Positions 27,132 through 39,594 of a stretch of DNA of 64,000 nucleotides are shown in pieces. Under the pieces are notes generated by a model. It was given only the letters and a program-made list of their open reading frames with translations, was not told the origin of the DNA and searched no databases. The translations under genes were made by a program, and so were the position numbers. Every line of letters begins with the position of its first letter. Position 1 is the first letter of the stretch. The DNA lies in NCBI GenBank assembly GCA_023213395.1, contig CM041465.1:198841741-198905740 (forward strand), in the 5' to 3' direction. The DNA is from Cycas panzhihuaensis. Its lineage: Eukaryota > Plantae > Cycadophyta.

Positions 27132-27342
27132 GAAAACATTCTGGCGGATAGTGAAAAACAAATCGACGGAGAATTTCAAAGGGTTACCTTACGTCTGCAC
27201 GCTGCTAAGCACTTCCCTTTGGACATATTATGGATTACTCAAGCCCGGCGGGTTGCTGATAGTTACGGTTAATGGGGCAGGTGCTGCAATGGAGGCGATC
27301 TTCGTGACTCTGTATCTTATATATGCTCCCAGAGAACGCAAG
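27132..27342 (+). CDS. SWEET16: SWEET exon 3 (211 bp), GC donor
   Basis: acag|GAAAACATTCTGG...CGCAAG|gcaagt; KTFWRIVKNKSTENF...YAPRERK. Confidence 0.93.
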
Positions 27343-27508
27343 GCAAGTAATAGTTGATAAGATTGAATTAATTAAATAATTATTTTCATTGCATATAGAG
27401 AGTCCCTTGTACCGAATCATTGTGTTTGCACGTATTTAATTCCGCGTGTTAAAGAAAGCGAGTCAGAATTTAAATATAAATTGTGAGGAGTTCTTATTTG
27501 TATTGCAG

Positions 27509-27671
27509 GTGAAAACCGTTCGCTTAGTGCTGCTTCTGAATGTAACATTTTTTTGGGGGTGTGTTTTTGGTCACATTTCTGGCATTTCATCATAAGCTGC
27601 GGATAAATGCAGTGGGTGCCCTATGCTGTGGGTTCACCTTAGGAATGTATGCATCCCCCATGTCCGCTATG
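27509..27671 (+). CDS. SWEET16: SWEET exon 4 (163 bp; extra T in T7 run)
   Basis: tgcag|GTGAAAACC...GCTATG|gtagg; VKTVRLVLLLNVTFF / GGVFLVTF...GMYASPMSAM. Confidence 0.9.
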
Positions 27672-27834
27672 GTAGGTTTACGTTGCCGATTTATCTCAAA
27701 TAATCATTTAATAATATATGGGAATCATGTGTCGATCAAATAGAGTTATAATTTAAACTTAATTACATTCAACGTCCATTTATATGTAAATACGTATTGA
27801 TTTCTTATATATTCTTGAATATGGCGAATGAAAG

Positions 27835-27951
27835 AGAACCGTCATCGTAACAAAGAGCGTGGAGTTCATGCCATTTTTTCTGTCATTTTTTCTGTTTTTG
27901 AATGGAGTTTGGACAGCATATGCAGTATTTGTCCGGGACATGTACATTGGG
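27835..27951 (+). CDS. SWEET16: SWEET exon 5 (117 bp)
   Basis: aaag|AGAACC...ATTGGG|gttagt; [39 protein letters not shown]. Confidence 0.92.
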
Positions 27952-28081
27952 GTTAGTAATATACCGCTTATTTTTTTTCTGATTTAGGATTGTGCAATCT
28001 AGAAATTGTTTCATATGCATGTTCTTTAAAAACTCGATTGAAGTATGAACCGAGTGCTGTTGGGAATAAAAATTCCTGCAG

Positions 28082-28345
28082 ATCCCAAATGGAATCGGGT
28101 TCGTGCTGGGAGCTGCACAGCTAATTCTGTACGTGAAGTATTATAAAAAGAGAGAGCCCAAGAGTGGAGAAGAGGAAGCAGACGATCAGAAGAAAGCAGG
28201 CTCCGTGGACGTGGAGATAGCAGCTCCTGAAGAAATTGGCAACAAGAAGTGCATCAATAATGGTCTGCAAAACGGATGGAAACATTCACTGGTAAAAGAG
28301 CATGGCCATTGTAATAACCGTCTCCCAGATTGGAGACCGAATTAG
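28082..28345 (+). CDS. SWEET16: SWEET exon 6 (TM7 and cytosolic tail)
   Basis: tgcag|ATCCCAAATGGA; IPNGIGFVLGAAQLILY...; stop TAG 28343-28345. Confidence 0.9.
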   Translation: MPNGIGFVLGAAQLILYVKYYKKREPKSGEEEADDQKKAGSVDVEIAAPEEIGNKKCINNGLQNGWKHSLVKEHGHCNNRLPDWRPN

Positions 28346-29826
28346 CAGAGGATGGAGGAGAATGTTGGAGTAGATAAATAACATGGGAGACTCCTCCGAC
28401 TCCTCCTGCACCTTCCTGCAAATGATTATGTTGTGAGAATCTATGATAATAAACAAATTGGGCACGCTACGCTCTGGTGGGGAACGTGAATCTAAAGTTC
28501 TTGTTGAGAGGATAAATCACAATTTGTAATACAACGATAACACTCTAAAAGCATCACAGTCGTAATTAGAAAAGTTTGGGAAAGTTTGTTCCCATGGAAG
28601 GGGATGGTGGAGTGGCCCTTAGTGTCGAAATTATTTATGTGAGGAAGCTCAACAATCCTTTGTAAATTTGCTAAGTTTTGAAAATGTTTTTTGTATTTTT
28701 TCTAATTTAATGATATCTAAATTACATTATAAAAATATAGTACAATTTAAAAAGGGTCTTTGAAAAAAAGTCTTAATGCATCTAAAACTACTAGAAGTAG
28801 GTGTAATAAAACTAAGCACAATAACTTACTCAAGAAACATGCGAGGAGTGACCTCTACCCACAAACCCATTGTAGGAATGCCTCTAGTTAGAGCTAAGAG
28901 TGAAAAGATAGCCAATCATTCTATTTCTTGTTTTTTACTAGTTGATAAGGTATTGAAACCTGGGTCAATGATATCATTGGGCTCTTTTCTATGAAGATTG
29001 GCAAAGGGATAAGGTCCAGTTTAAATAGCTTGTGACCTAAAACATTCTCTCAAGTTGAGAGTTTCTATTAATGAATAGGGTTAAAGGTTGTCCTATTAGA
29101 AATAACAATTCAACTTCCCATGAAATTGGAGTGATGGCATGGAGATTATAGAAATGGCTACATTTCCCATCTTATAGTGGAACATCTAGTGATGTGAGAG
29201 CATTTGAAAAATACTAATATGAATGATCAATTTATTGTGGCCATAACTTTTAATTTGGCTGTCTATTTGAGTCTATTTTTCTTTTTAAATACTCATCTTC
29301 AAAAATTGAACATTATCATTAAAGGAAGTGACTACTTAATGACTAATTGTCAAAATTTTTAGGTCTCAACAACATTATAAAATGGCCCAAAATTGCATTT
29401 TAAAATTATTTCTTACTTATATAAAAATTAATGAGTGTTATTTTTTTTAGTAAGGTGATTAATTATATGTAAGTTATGATTTTGGGGGTTTGTTATATGA
29501 TTAAGTATTCATACCACGCTTTTGAACAAATTAACTTTTGTTAAAAAAATTATTAAAACTGATACTAGTTAGGAAGTTATAAAAACATAAATTTTTTAAA
29601 TTGAGAGCCTTTTCACTTCAAATTAGAGGAGTGATTTTAGGAGTTAATTGTTAAAATTTTTACACGGCTAGAAATCTTGTATTTGTATATTTTAGATTAT
29701 AAACAAATGAGCTTTTTCAATTTGGGAAAGGAAAATCAAAAGTTTCATGGTGTCGCTTTCTATGTTAATTGGCTTTGTTTTACTTTGAACTTCTTATTTC
29801 CTACCTACTTGATTTGAGGATCCACC

Positions 29827-31425
29827 ACTCTATCATTTAACCCTACCTCTACAAAGTAAAGTAATAGACTTAAATGCTCTTATGATGTTATCCATATTGA
29901 GAAATGATTATATATTGGTAAATAGTTACTTTAACATATCTAGAGCGAATGCATTTACTCTTAAACTAACCTTTAACTATAATACAAAAGAAGGCAAGAA
30001 GCCAAAGAAAAGATTAGCGAGAGAAGGAAATTTATTTTTAAAAACACAAGTTCATAGAGATTTTATATACTGACTTATCTCTCACGAACATGAAATAGTA
30101 ATAAAATGGCTTACTCTAATAGTAATTTGTAATGTTTTTTAAGACTAATTGAGCTTATAAAACATATGCAATTGAGCCATATGATTAATGAGCAATATAG
30201 CATACTAACAATATGAAGGGAAATATCATGTGTGCTTTCTATGTGAAATAAAAAAGTCTTTAATAATTCTTACAATAGTATCTATGCATGTTATGACTTT
30301 TAGAAGAGCAATTATTTATTATTTGATTTTTTATTATGTAATAACATAAAAGAAAGGGATGTAAGATGGAATAAAAGCATTTGTTTTTTAATGTAAAAAA
30401 TATAGATTACTAAAATGGATTTACCACCTAAGGAACTAGAAATTATTGTTAAGAATATGTCCATATGCTAAGGCATATAAAATGAACTTAAAAGAATAGT
30501 TTGATAGCTTTAAACATTGACCAGAGGTCATAACACACAAGCTAGAAACCTATCAAACATTGCCCTAATAATGTAATAAGCTCTAAATAATTAATATTTA
30601 ATTAATTGGGAGAAGTCAACTCTATCATTTAAACATACCTTTATCAAGCAAAGTAATAGACTTGAATGATCTTATAATGTTATCCATATTGAGAAATGAT
30701 TTTATATTGGTAAATAGTTACCTTAACATATTTAAATCCAACACGTTTACTCTTAAACTAGCCTTTAACTATAGTACAAAAGAAGGCAATAAGCCAAAGG
30801 AAAAATTAGCAAGAGAAGAAGATTCATTTAGGAAAAGATAAGTTCATAGAGATTTTATATAATGACTTGTCTTACATAAACATAAAATAGTAACCCAATG
30901 GCTTACTCTAACAGTAATTTGTAATGTTCTTTAAGACTAGTTGAGCTTATGAAACATATGCAATTGAGCCATATGACTGATGAGCAATATGACATGCTAA
31001 TAATATGAAGGTCAATATCATGTGTGCTTTCTAAGTGAAATTAAAAACTCTCTAATAATTCTTACAATAATATCTATGCACATTACATCTTATAAAAGAG
31101 CAATTACTTATCATTTTTTTTTTATTATGTAAGAATGTAAAAGAAAGGGATGTAAAATGGAATAAACACATTTGTCTTTTAATGGAAAAAATATAGACTA
31201 CTCAAAAGGGATTTGCCACTCAACAAACTAGAAATTATCCTTGAGAATTTGACCCTATGTTAAGGCACATAAAATGAACTTAGAAGAATAGTTTAATGGC
31301 TTTAAGCTTTGATTTATAGGTTGTAACACACAAGCTAGAAACCTATAGAACATCACCCTAATAATGTAATAAGCTCCAAATAATTAATATTTAATTAATT
31401 GGGAGAAGTCAACTCTATAATTTAT
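29827..31425. repeat. Tandem duplication, ~793 bp unit, two copies plus the start of a third
   Basis: ACTCTAT(C/A)ATTTA recurs at 29827, 30619 and 31412; the two units align end to end with scattered substitutions. Confidence 0.93.
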
Positions 31426-32059
31426 ACACACACTATTAAGTAACCTCCTAAGGTTAGTGGCACATAAACATCTAATCGCATGGTTAAGGTGGATGTTGTT
31501 AATGTTAATTACTAATTTGTATGTGTGGGCCATATATGTCTACAATGAGATTAAAAGCCACATGGTTCACTAATAAGTTTTTAGAATAAGCGGTCACTTT
31601 TGTCTACTTATGGCCAAACATTTATAAAGAGATCTCTTATAATATAATCTTGTCTTGTTAGATTGTACTCATATATATATTATCTATGGGTGTTTTCTAA
31701 TCTTCACTACACTTTTCTCTTATACTTTTTATGTAATATAAGCTAATGAAGTGTTAATAAAGATCTATTATGCTCTCTTTTCTTTCATAAGCTTTTATTG
31801 GTATAAAAATTACTAGTCAAATTTGTATCAAGTGGTAATAGAGTAAGGTGTAGAGATCTGGTGGGGGTATTTGGAAGTTGTAGAAATGGATTTTTTTTTT
31901 CCTTGGTGATTTTTGAAACCTTTCCTTACAAGTAAATTTCATTTTGAAATTTTATTCAATTCCAGTACTCTGTGTTAGTCAACTATAAGTGGGCAGTATA
32001 GCCCAAATCCTTATTCTTAGTTTCCCTTTCCTTAGAGTTTAGGTATAGACCCTATGCTA

Positions 32060-32521
32060 TTAAAGGGGAGATGTCTACTTGCTTTCAGATAATGTTCAAG
32101 ACTTATAAACACCCATAAGACATTCAATCAATGAATATATGAAATAATTGAATTCCTCATAAATGCTCTAAAATATAACGTGCATTAACTCATAATATCA
32201 AAGTACATTGCATGATAAAAGATTATATAGAAGAAAGCCTTCCATAAAGAACTAAAGAGGTTGTTACAAAGAATACTGAGAATGTTAAATATAAGATCAT
32301 GCAAGGTGATAGTCAGCACCTTGCATGATTAAATCAACTTTATAATAATTAAATACTAAGAGCAAATAAACCCCCACATATCTAGGTTCACAACATTAAG
32401 TTGTGACTTAACCCTTTTATGATAAAGAAGCCCTTAATACAAATTATGTACAAATATTACATCAATATAATATAATGGATTCTTAATGAATTAATGAAGC
32501 CTATCATTAATTCTTCTATTA
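32060..32521 (-). repeat. 3' LTR of Copia A2
   Basis: Direct repeat of 38197-38658, adjacent to the PPT. Confidence 0.92.
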
Positions 32522-35500
32522 CCCTCCCTTAATGATGAGTTCATTAATTTTGATACTAAGGCCAAGCTGAAAACTTTTGAATTTATCGCAAGAGCATACC
32601 TTTATAAAGATATTTGTAATCTGATCATTGGTATGCTTATAAATCAAATCTATCTCACCATTCTATATATGCTCGTTAATGAAGTGATGGTGAAACTCGA
32701 TGTGTTTAATTTTAGCATGGAACACATGATTCTCGGTCAATTTAAGAACACTTTGATTATCATAAAATAATGATGTAGCTTATGTTTGGCTAATTCTAAG
32801 CTCTTTAAGAATCCTCCTAAGCTAGATAGCATCAATAATTGCACTAACAATGACTTTATACTCAATTTCAGTTGAAGATAGAGTGACATTAGACTACTTT
32901 TTGTAATGTCATGAAACTAAAGCAGAACCCAGGTTAAAATAGTAGCATAAGGTTGATTACCAACTATCTTTGCATCTAGCCTAATCTGCATCAGTGTCAC
33001 CTATCAATAAAAGATTTTCCACATGACAGTAATCAAGTCTACACTAAAGAGTACCTCAAAGATATCTAAGAATCCTCATTACTACTTTCTAATATGAAAT
33101 CTTGGGTTGTCTCATGAACCTAAAATAGATTCCAATGGCATAGGTAATATCAGGTTGAATATGAGTAAGGTAAATTAATTTTCTCACAAGTTGCTTATAC
33201 AATATAGGATCCATAGGTTTTCCACACTCATCAATGGCTAATTTTAGACTTGACTCCATACGAGTTGGTAATTACTTACATTCATCCACCCTAAATTTTT
33301 ATAGAATTTCCTTCTTATATTTTGACTGTGAATGGATAAAAATGGCCTGACTCTTACTAAACTTCCATGCTAAGAAAATAATAAAGCAACTCGAGGCCAC
33401 TCATCTCAAATTTATTATTCAAATCTCCTTAGAGATGTATAATCCACTTTGTGTAATTATCAATTATTAACAAATCATCAATATAAAGTTAACCAAAGTG
33501 ATCAAACCATTATGGATTCTAATATACAGATTTAGATTTGAAGATGAGCAAATGAGTCCATGCTTTTGAAAGTATTCATCAATCTTTATATACCAAGCAT
33601 GATGTGATTATTTAAGGCCATACAACACCTTTTTTAATTTGTAGACTAGGTGTTCTTTTCTATGAACAATAAATCTAGGAGGTTGATTTATGTATATTTC
33701 CTCTTGCAAGTCACTATTTAAGAAGGTACTTTTTGCATTCATATGGTAAACAAACCAATTGAAATAAGTTTGAAGTACCAAAACAAGCCTTACAATGGTC
33801 ATGTTGGCAATTGGTGCAAATGTGTCATCATAATCAATACCTTTAACCCATTTGAAACCTTTGGCAATCAAACATACTTTATGTCATTAAATAGAAACAT
33901 TTATATGAAGTTTTATTTTATAAATATATCTATAATTAATTTGTTTTTTTCTCTTCAAGTAACTCAACAAGTGCTTAAGTATCATTTTGTATGATAGAAT
34001 CCATTTCTTTAGTTATTATTGTTTGCCATTTTAGATCTCTAATAAATTCCTCAAAAGTAGATGATTCAGGAGATAATAACATTTCTTCCATTAAGGTAAA
34101 GGATGACTTATATTTTGATTATCTCTTTGCTTGTTATGATGGTAAAGGAGCATAAGAGATTATCTGCATGTATCATTTGGTCAATTGCTTTGAAGTAGCC
34201 TCATCTTCAATATCCTTTAAAGGATTGATAGGTGTAGATATAGATGTAGAGGCAAGTGGTGTAGATGATGTACCAAAATTTTATGTTAATGTAGAAGGCA
34301 TATGTTCTACAAGAATATTTTGTGAAGTAAGAGGATCAATAATTTTTATTGGATTTCTCACAATGAAGGAATTTTATTGGCTTTCTTGATTCAAGTTTAA
34401 TGCCATTCTTAAATTCCTTGAATTTAGTAAAGAGTTTTGATTTCTACTTTAGGAAAGATACCCAAACATTTCTAACATAGTCATTAATAAATGTGATAAA
34501 ATGACAACAACCTCCAAAGAATACTTTAGGTATGAGCCCATAAATGTTTTAATATACTAGACCTAAAGGTTCCTTTACATATTAGGCTCTTCCATCTCAC
34601 CTAAAAGGAGCCTAATGATGTTTTCCCATAACACATGCCTCACAAATACATTTAGTCTACTTTATATTTGGTATACCATGCACCATATTTAATTTATAAA
34701 GCAAATAAAGAGTGTTTATATTCAAGTAATCTAGGCATTGATGCCATAATTAGTCTTTTAGAATTTAAGGAGAAACATATGACTTTGAAGTAAATTGATT
34801 ATTTAAATATGATGTTGAAGTAGAAGGATCAAAAGTGCAAGCTAAATTACTACAAGAACTAAATTCATGTGACTGGATCAATGGTCTAGTTATAACATTA
34901 AGATTGTATAGTCCTTAATCTTCATATCCTAAGGCAATTAAGTTACCATTCAAATCTATAATCAGGCATTTTCTAAAATGGCTAAACAAAACATCAAAGT
35001 TTTATTTATTTATCTAGTTAATTAATAGTAGGTTATGTGTCATTTAGTAAGATGATGTGGAGTATTTGAACTCTTTAATGAGATAAGGACATTACTAATC
35101 TTGGTAACTTCTAGAGTTCTATCTTCTCCAAAATTGGTATATTAATCCTAAATTGGTCTTATATTAGTGAGTTCTTCTAAACCAATCACATATTGTGAGG
35201 CACTTGAATCGATCAACTAGGAATGAGTTAATAAAGCAGTGAAGAAATGATTTTAAGAGTTGGCCATGTGGCCTCCTTGATTATGTCTCTAGTTACAATT
35301 CCTATTTTTTTGGTTGCTCTAAGGAGCATTCTAATTTTATCTCCTTAGTCTTTGGTAATTTGGATGATTTTGCCTCTATGGCCCCTGATAATTTTTACAT
35401 CCATAATTGTAATTACCCTGCATAGTGGGGTGGTTTTGAAACTATTATTGTTAAAGGTCAACTCTATTTTCTCTACAGTCAGGTGCTATATGTCTAAATT

Positions 35501-38196
35501 TACCACAATAGTGATAAACAATCTAAGGAATATAACGTGGTTGAGGCTGATGTGACTAATATAACTATTGATTAGTCTATTGTTTCAAATTCATTAGACC
35601 AAATTGATTTATTAAATATGGATGTTATGGTCTTCCTCTATGTTAGGTTACAAATGTTGGTGTGGAAGAGGAAGCACCTATATTCCCCGAATAATTTAAA
35701 ATACATTATTTTAAGAGTAGTAGACCCTCAAATGTGCTAAAATCAATACTATCAAGTCAATCTATATGTGATAGATTAGATATGAGGGAGTTATAACCAT
35801 TCACAATCTAAGATACGAAATCATTGTCATCTGGTAGCTAATCCATCACTGACAACTAATTTTGAATCACCTTAGTCTAATATAAATGAGCTACTATAGA
35901 TCCTATTAATACAATGGAGTAAAGTTAGGCTTTGAGAATCATTGTTGTAACATTATCCTTCCTCTCATAGAGTGCATATATGATATTCAAAGCATTTAGA
36001 GAGGTGGGGGCAAGTTCAATATTCTAGTCGACATTATCTTCACACGATAGGCACAAAAAAGAAAGGGCAACTTTGCCAAACTCTTTAAAGGTAGCTACAA
36101 CATCAGGATTAGGAGGAATGAGGTTATTAAAATCACTAGGTTATTGAATAAGAACTAGCTTTGAAAATTTTCTAGAAACATAAGGCTAAAGTTTATATAT
36201 TATCAATATATTCTTGATATATTTCTTCTAAGCCAAGAAATTATCATTGCCAAAAAGTTTAATAGTATTAGCTATAATCATTTGAAGTGCTATGATGTTT
36301 GATATGTATCCCATCTAGCTAAAAATATATATTAATCTAGGATCTATGTCTCAGTATCTCTAATCCTAATAACCCCTAGTAGTTGAGATGGTTATGTCTA
36401 ATGGCATACTTACTTATTAGTGGTAGCTCGAGGACCCAATATACTTGAAGGTAAATAGGCACTATAGAAGGCTCTACCACCTGTTTAACATTGTTAATCC
36501 AGTTGCACTAGATTTACAACCTAAATGATAGATCCATATTTAAGGGCACACTTATAGCCAAGGTGTTCACCCCCTCTAGGTTAAGATGGTCTCCAAGCTC
36601 CAAGGTTTTAGGTATAACACCTTAGCTTGCCACTCCATACACCTAATAACTAATAGACTTCTCTAATATCTGTAAAATTCAAGAAAGACCATTAGCATAT
36701 GTGGAGTGGTAACTTCCAGGGTCTTAGTTATCTCCCTTACAAGGCTAGTAATTGGTGGTTCAATTAAGTATTATCTTTTTAATTTTTTGTATTAATTTTG
36801 AAAAGATTTTATGAGTAAAAGATTAAAGTTCATGTTTTAAGTAGTAGAAACTTTAAAAAGCCCTAAAAAACTAAAAATTTACCAAAAATAGATTAAAAAC
36901 ATTCCTTAAAAGGCTTTGAAAATGATTAAAATTTGATTAAAAAATGGGTTTAAGTAATATGAATATGGTACGAATATACTAATTTGAATAACCTAAAGTT
37001 TTTAACTTTATAAATAAAATAAAATAAATGATGGCATTTTGAAAAGACGATAACAAAGTTTAGATACTAGCAACTAATTCTTTCTACATAAGCTATGAAA
37101 TCTCATTTTGTTTTCTGTATTATAAAGAGGACATTTCCAAGGTCAGAATGAATAGCCATATGGAATAGTTTCAGTAATCTAATAGTTAGGAAGAATCATA
37201 TAAAATTAATAATTATGTCTAAATCTATAATATGAAGTAGATCAAGCAAATTTAAGTGTTAACAAACTTTGTTTGCATATGTATTACCTCTAAATCTTCT
37301 ACACCAAGCTTTAATCATCAAACAACCATAAAAAAAGCTAAGATTATAGTCCACCACACAAAAATATAGCCCATAGAAATCATTGTTATATAGATGACAA
37401 TGTTGTGGAGATCTAGAGAAGATCACTAGAGATTAAATGAGGCAGTAGCCATAAAATTAACAAGCCATTAATGACACATCTTATGTAGAGGAACATAGAG
37501 GCCATACAAGGAGAGAATAGTTGAGCACAGAGGACCATAAACAATAAATGATAGCCATGTAGAGACAAATAATAGACAAGCCAATAGATGTAGAGATGTC
37601 AAAAAAACACATAGGGATGTGAGGATGTTTCACAATGATCATCATGATGGTAGCTATGCAAACAGTGGCCATGCTAGCAAGAGAAGTAAGCCCAAACAAA
37701 GACATAGATGGGAGTCACAAATCGTAGTCTTGCATGTAATCCCTCATGCAGATGGAAGCCAAGTATAAGATTTAGAGAGAATTACAACTTACACAAAGGT
37801 AAGTATAAACCACCAAAGCCAAGAGATGAATTGAGGTTGCCACTCTGTTCAACAATCATAATACATCTTAAACATAGCCAATAAATCATATCATAAAGAG
37901 TACCTTTTGATATATAGATCAGGTCCTTAAATACAACCAAGAGATCATCAATTTAAGCTATAAAGCATTTCAATATTTATTCAATGACGTAAAAATTAAC
38001 GATGAGATTTTACAAAGGATAACTCTTTAATATAAAAGCCATTTAATTTGATTAACAAATCAAAAATGCTAGAGGCATATCCATTTTCTCTAATTCAATT
38101 GAGACAATGAAGGTGGTAGTTGACATTAGTTACTACACAGAGGGAGGTTAAGTAAATAGATTGGAAATTAGCTAGAAACTTGGCTCTGCTACTAAG

Positions 38197-38658
38197 TGAA
38201 AGGAGAGAGGTCTACCTAGTTTTAGCCTAGGTCCAAGACTCATGAATACCCATAAAACATTCAATCAATAAATACATAAAGTAACTAAATTCCTTACAAA
38301 TACTCCAAAGCATAGCTTGCATTAACTCATAATATAAAAGTACATTATATGATAAAAGATTACATAGAAGAAAGCCTTGTATAAATAACAAAATAGATTG
38401 TTACAATACATATTGAGAATATTAAATGTAATATAATGCAAAGTGATAGTTGGCACCTTGCATAATTAAATCAACTTTATTACAATTAAATATTGAGAGG
38501 AAATAAAACCTTACATACCTAAGTTCACAACATTAAGTTATGACTTAACTCTTTTATGATAAAGGATCCCTCAATATAAACTATGTATAAATATTATATT
38601 AATATAATATAATGGATCTTGTATGAATTAATGAAGTCTATTATTAATTATTCCATTA
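38197..38658 (-). repeat. 5' LTR of Copia A2
   Basis: Direct repeat of 32060-32521, adjacent to the PBS. Confidence 0.92.
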
Positions 38659-39573
38659 TACTAGGGGTCTATAAAAATAATGGAGATTTGTTGTTTCTAG
38701 TTAAGCATAATAAGGTATATGTTATTGTGTGAAGTGAGGTGTAAAATATGCTAATACCCAAGCCTTAGATAAAACTAGGCTATAAAATTAAGCCTTTGCA
38801 TACCTTCAGGTATAAAGGAGGATCGTTATAGGTTCCCTTACTAAATTAGCATAAGAAGATTATCAATTGTTTATGCCTTTATAATGCATAAGCTAAAAGT
38901 TAGTGCTTAGAAGTTACCCTACTCGAACATCCCTAAATGGTTGTAAACCTTATGGGTGCAGATATTTCTTTATAGATAGTATCCTAAGATATTGAGTTAA
39001 GTTATAATAATGATAGAGAAGTTTATCATATAGCCTATAAAGTTAAACACTCCTTTATTAAAGTTTAGTAGGTCTCCCTATCACCTGTATAACATTCATT
39101 ACATAAATATTCTATACAAAGATCTTGAGACTATTGTACTTCTATCAATATTGTTAGAAAGCTACTATAAATTTATAATTGTAAGCTGAAGAAATGACTG
39201 TGACTTATTACTAAATTTAAATTGGTAAAAACACTCCTTATAAGTACCACTACAGGCATCAAGATGATTATACAAAAAAATAAAAAATAAAAAACAAACA
39301 AAGAGCAACAAGACTATAAAATTAGAGCACTCATTTTATTTTTACAAAATTTACATCGTTTAGCTTTGAAGCTCTTTTAGTATAGTCATCATCTAGAGAC
39401 ATAACATTAGAGATCCTATTTAAACTTTTAGTGTTGTCTATGTCCTATTTGGTCTACATTAGAGTCCATATTAAATTTAATTGAGTGAAGTCCATATTAG
39501 TGTCAATATTCAGTCCAATTGAGTTTAGGTTTTTACACCCTTAGTACCTCAGTTAGTTCACTTTAATCTTCAA

Positions 39574-39594
39574 AAGAGAGAGAGAGAGAGAGAG
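39574..39594. repeat. (AG)n microsatellite
   Basis: Directly visible. Confidence 0.9.

Larger units (their letters stand above)
26810..28345 (+). pseudogene. SWEET16: Bidirectional sugar transporter SWEET, clade IV (SWEET16/17-like), six exons; reading frame disrupted as sequenced (recent pseudogene or indel errors)
   Basis: Exons 26810-26842, 26983-27019, 27132-27342, 27509-27671, 27835-27951, 28082-28345. The repaired 274-aa product reads MANFSFILGVTGNVLSLLVFFSPMKTFWRIVKNKSTENFKGLPYVCTLLSTSLWTYYG...[32 protein letters not shown]...IPNGIGFVLGAAQLILY, i.e. two MtN3 repeats. Family call is firm; pseudogene status and SWEET16 vs 17 are not. Confidence 0.9.
32060..38658 (-). mobile_element. Ty1/Copia family A copy 2, both LTRs present, integrase core deleted
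   Basis: 462-bp LTRs 32060-32521 and 38197-38658, TSD TGCTA/TACTA (32055-32059 / 38659-38663), PPT 32522-32532, degenerate PBS 38181-38194, RT GIDYDDTFAPIA (ORF 33608-33871), RNase H KHIEFHHHFINE ~32675-32710. Confidence 0.95.

Noticed and set aside
27132-27595. Truncated product acting as a SemiSWEET-like 3-TM transporter
   Set aside because: The reinitiated product lacks TM1, so it has no complete MtN3 triple-helix bundle.
1-37720. Segmental duplication of 1-4931 at 33360-37720
   Set aside because: Similarity is confined to Copia family A, and A2 has its own LTR pair and TSD, so these are independent insertions.
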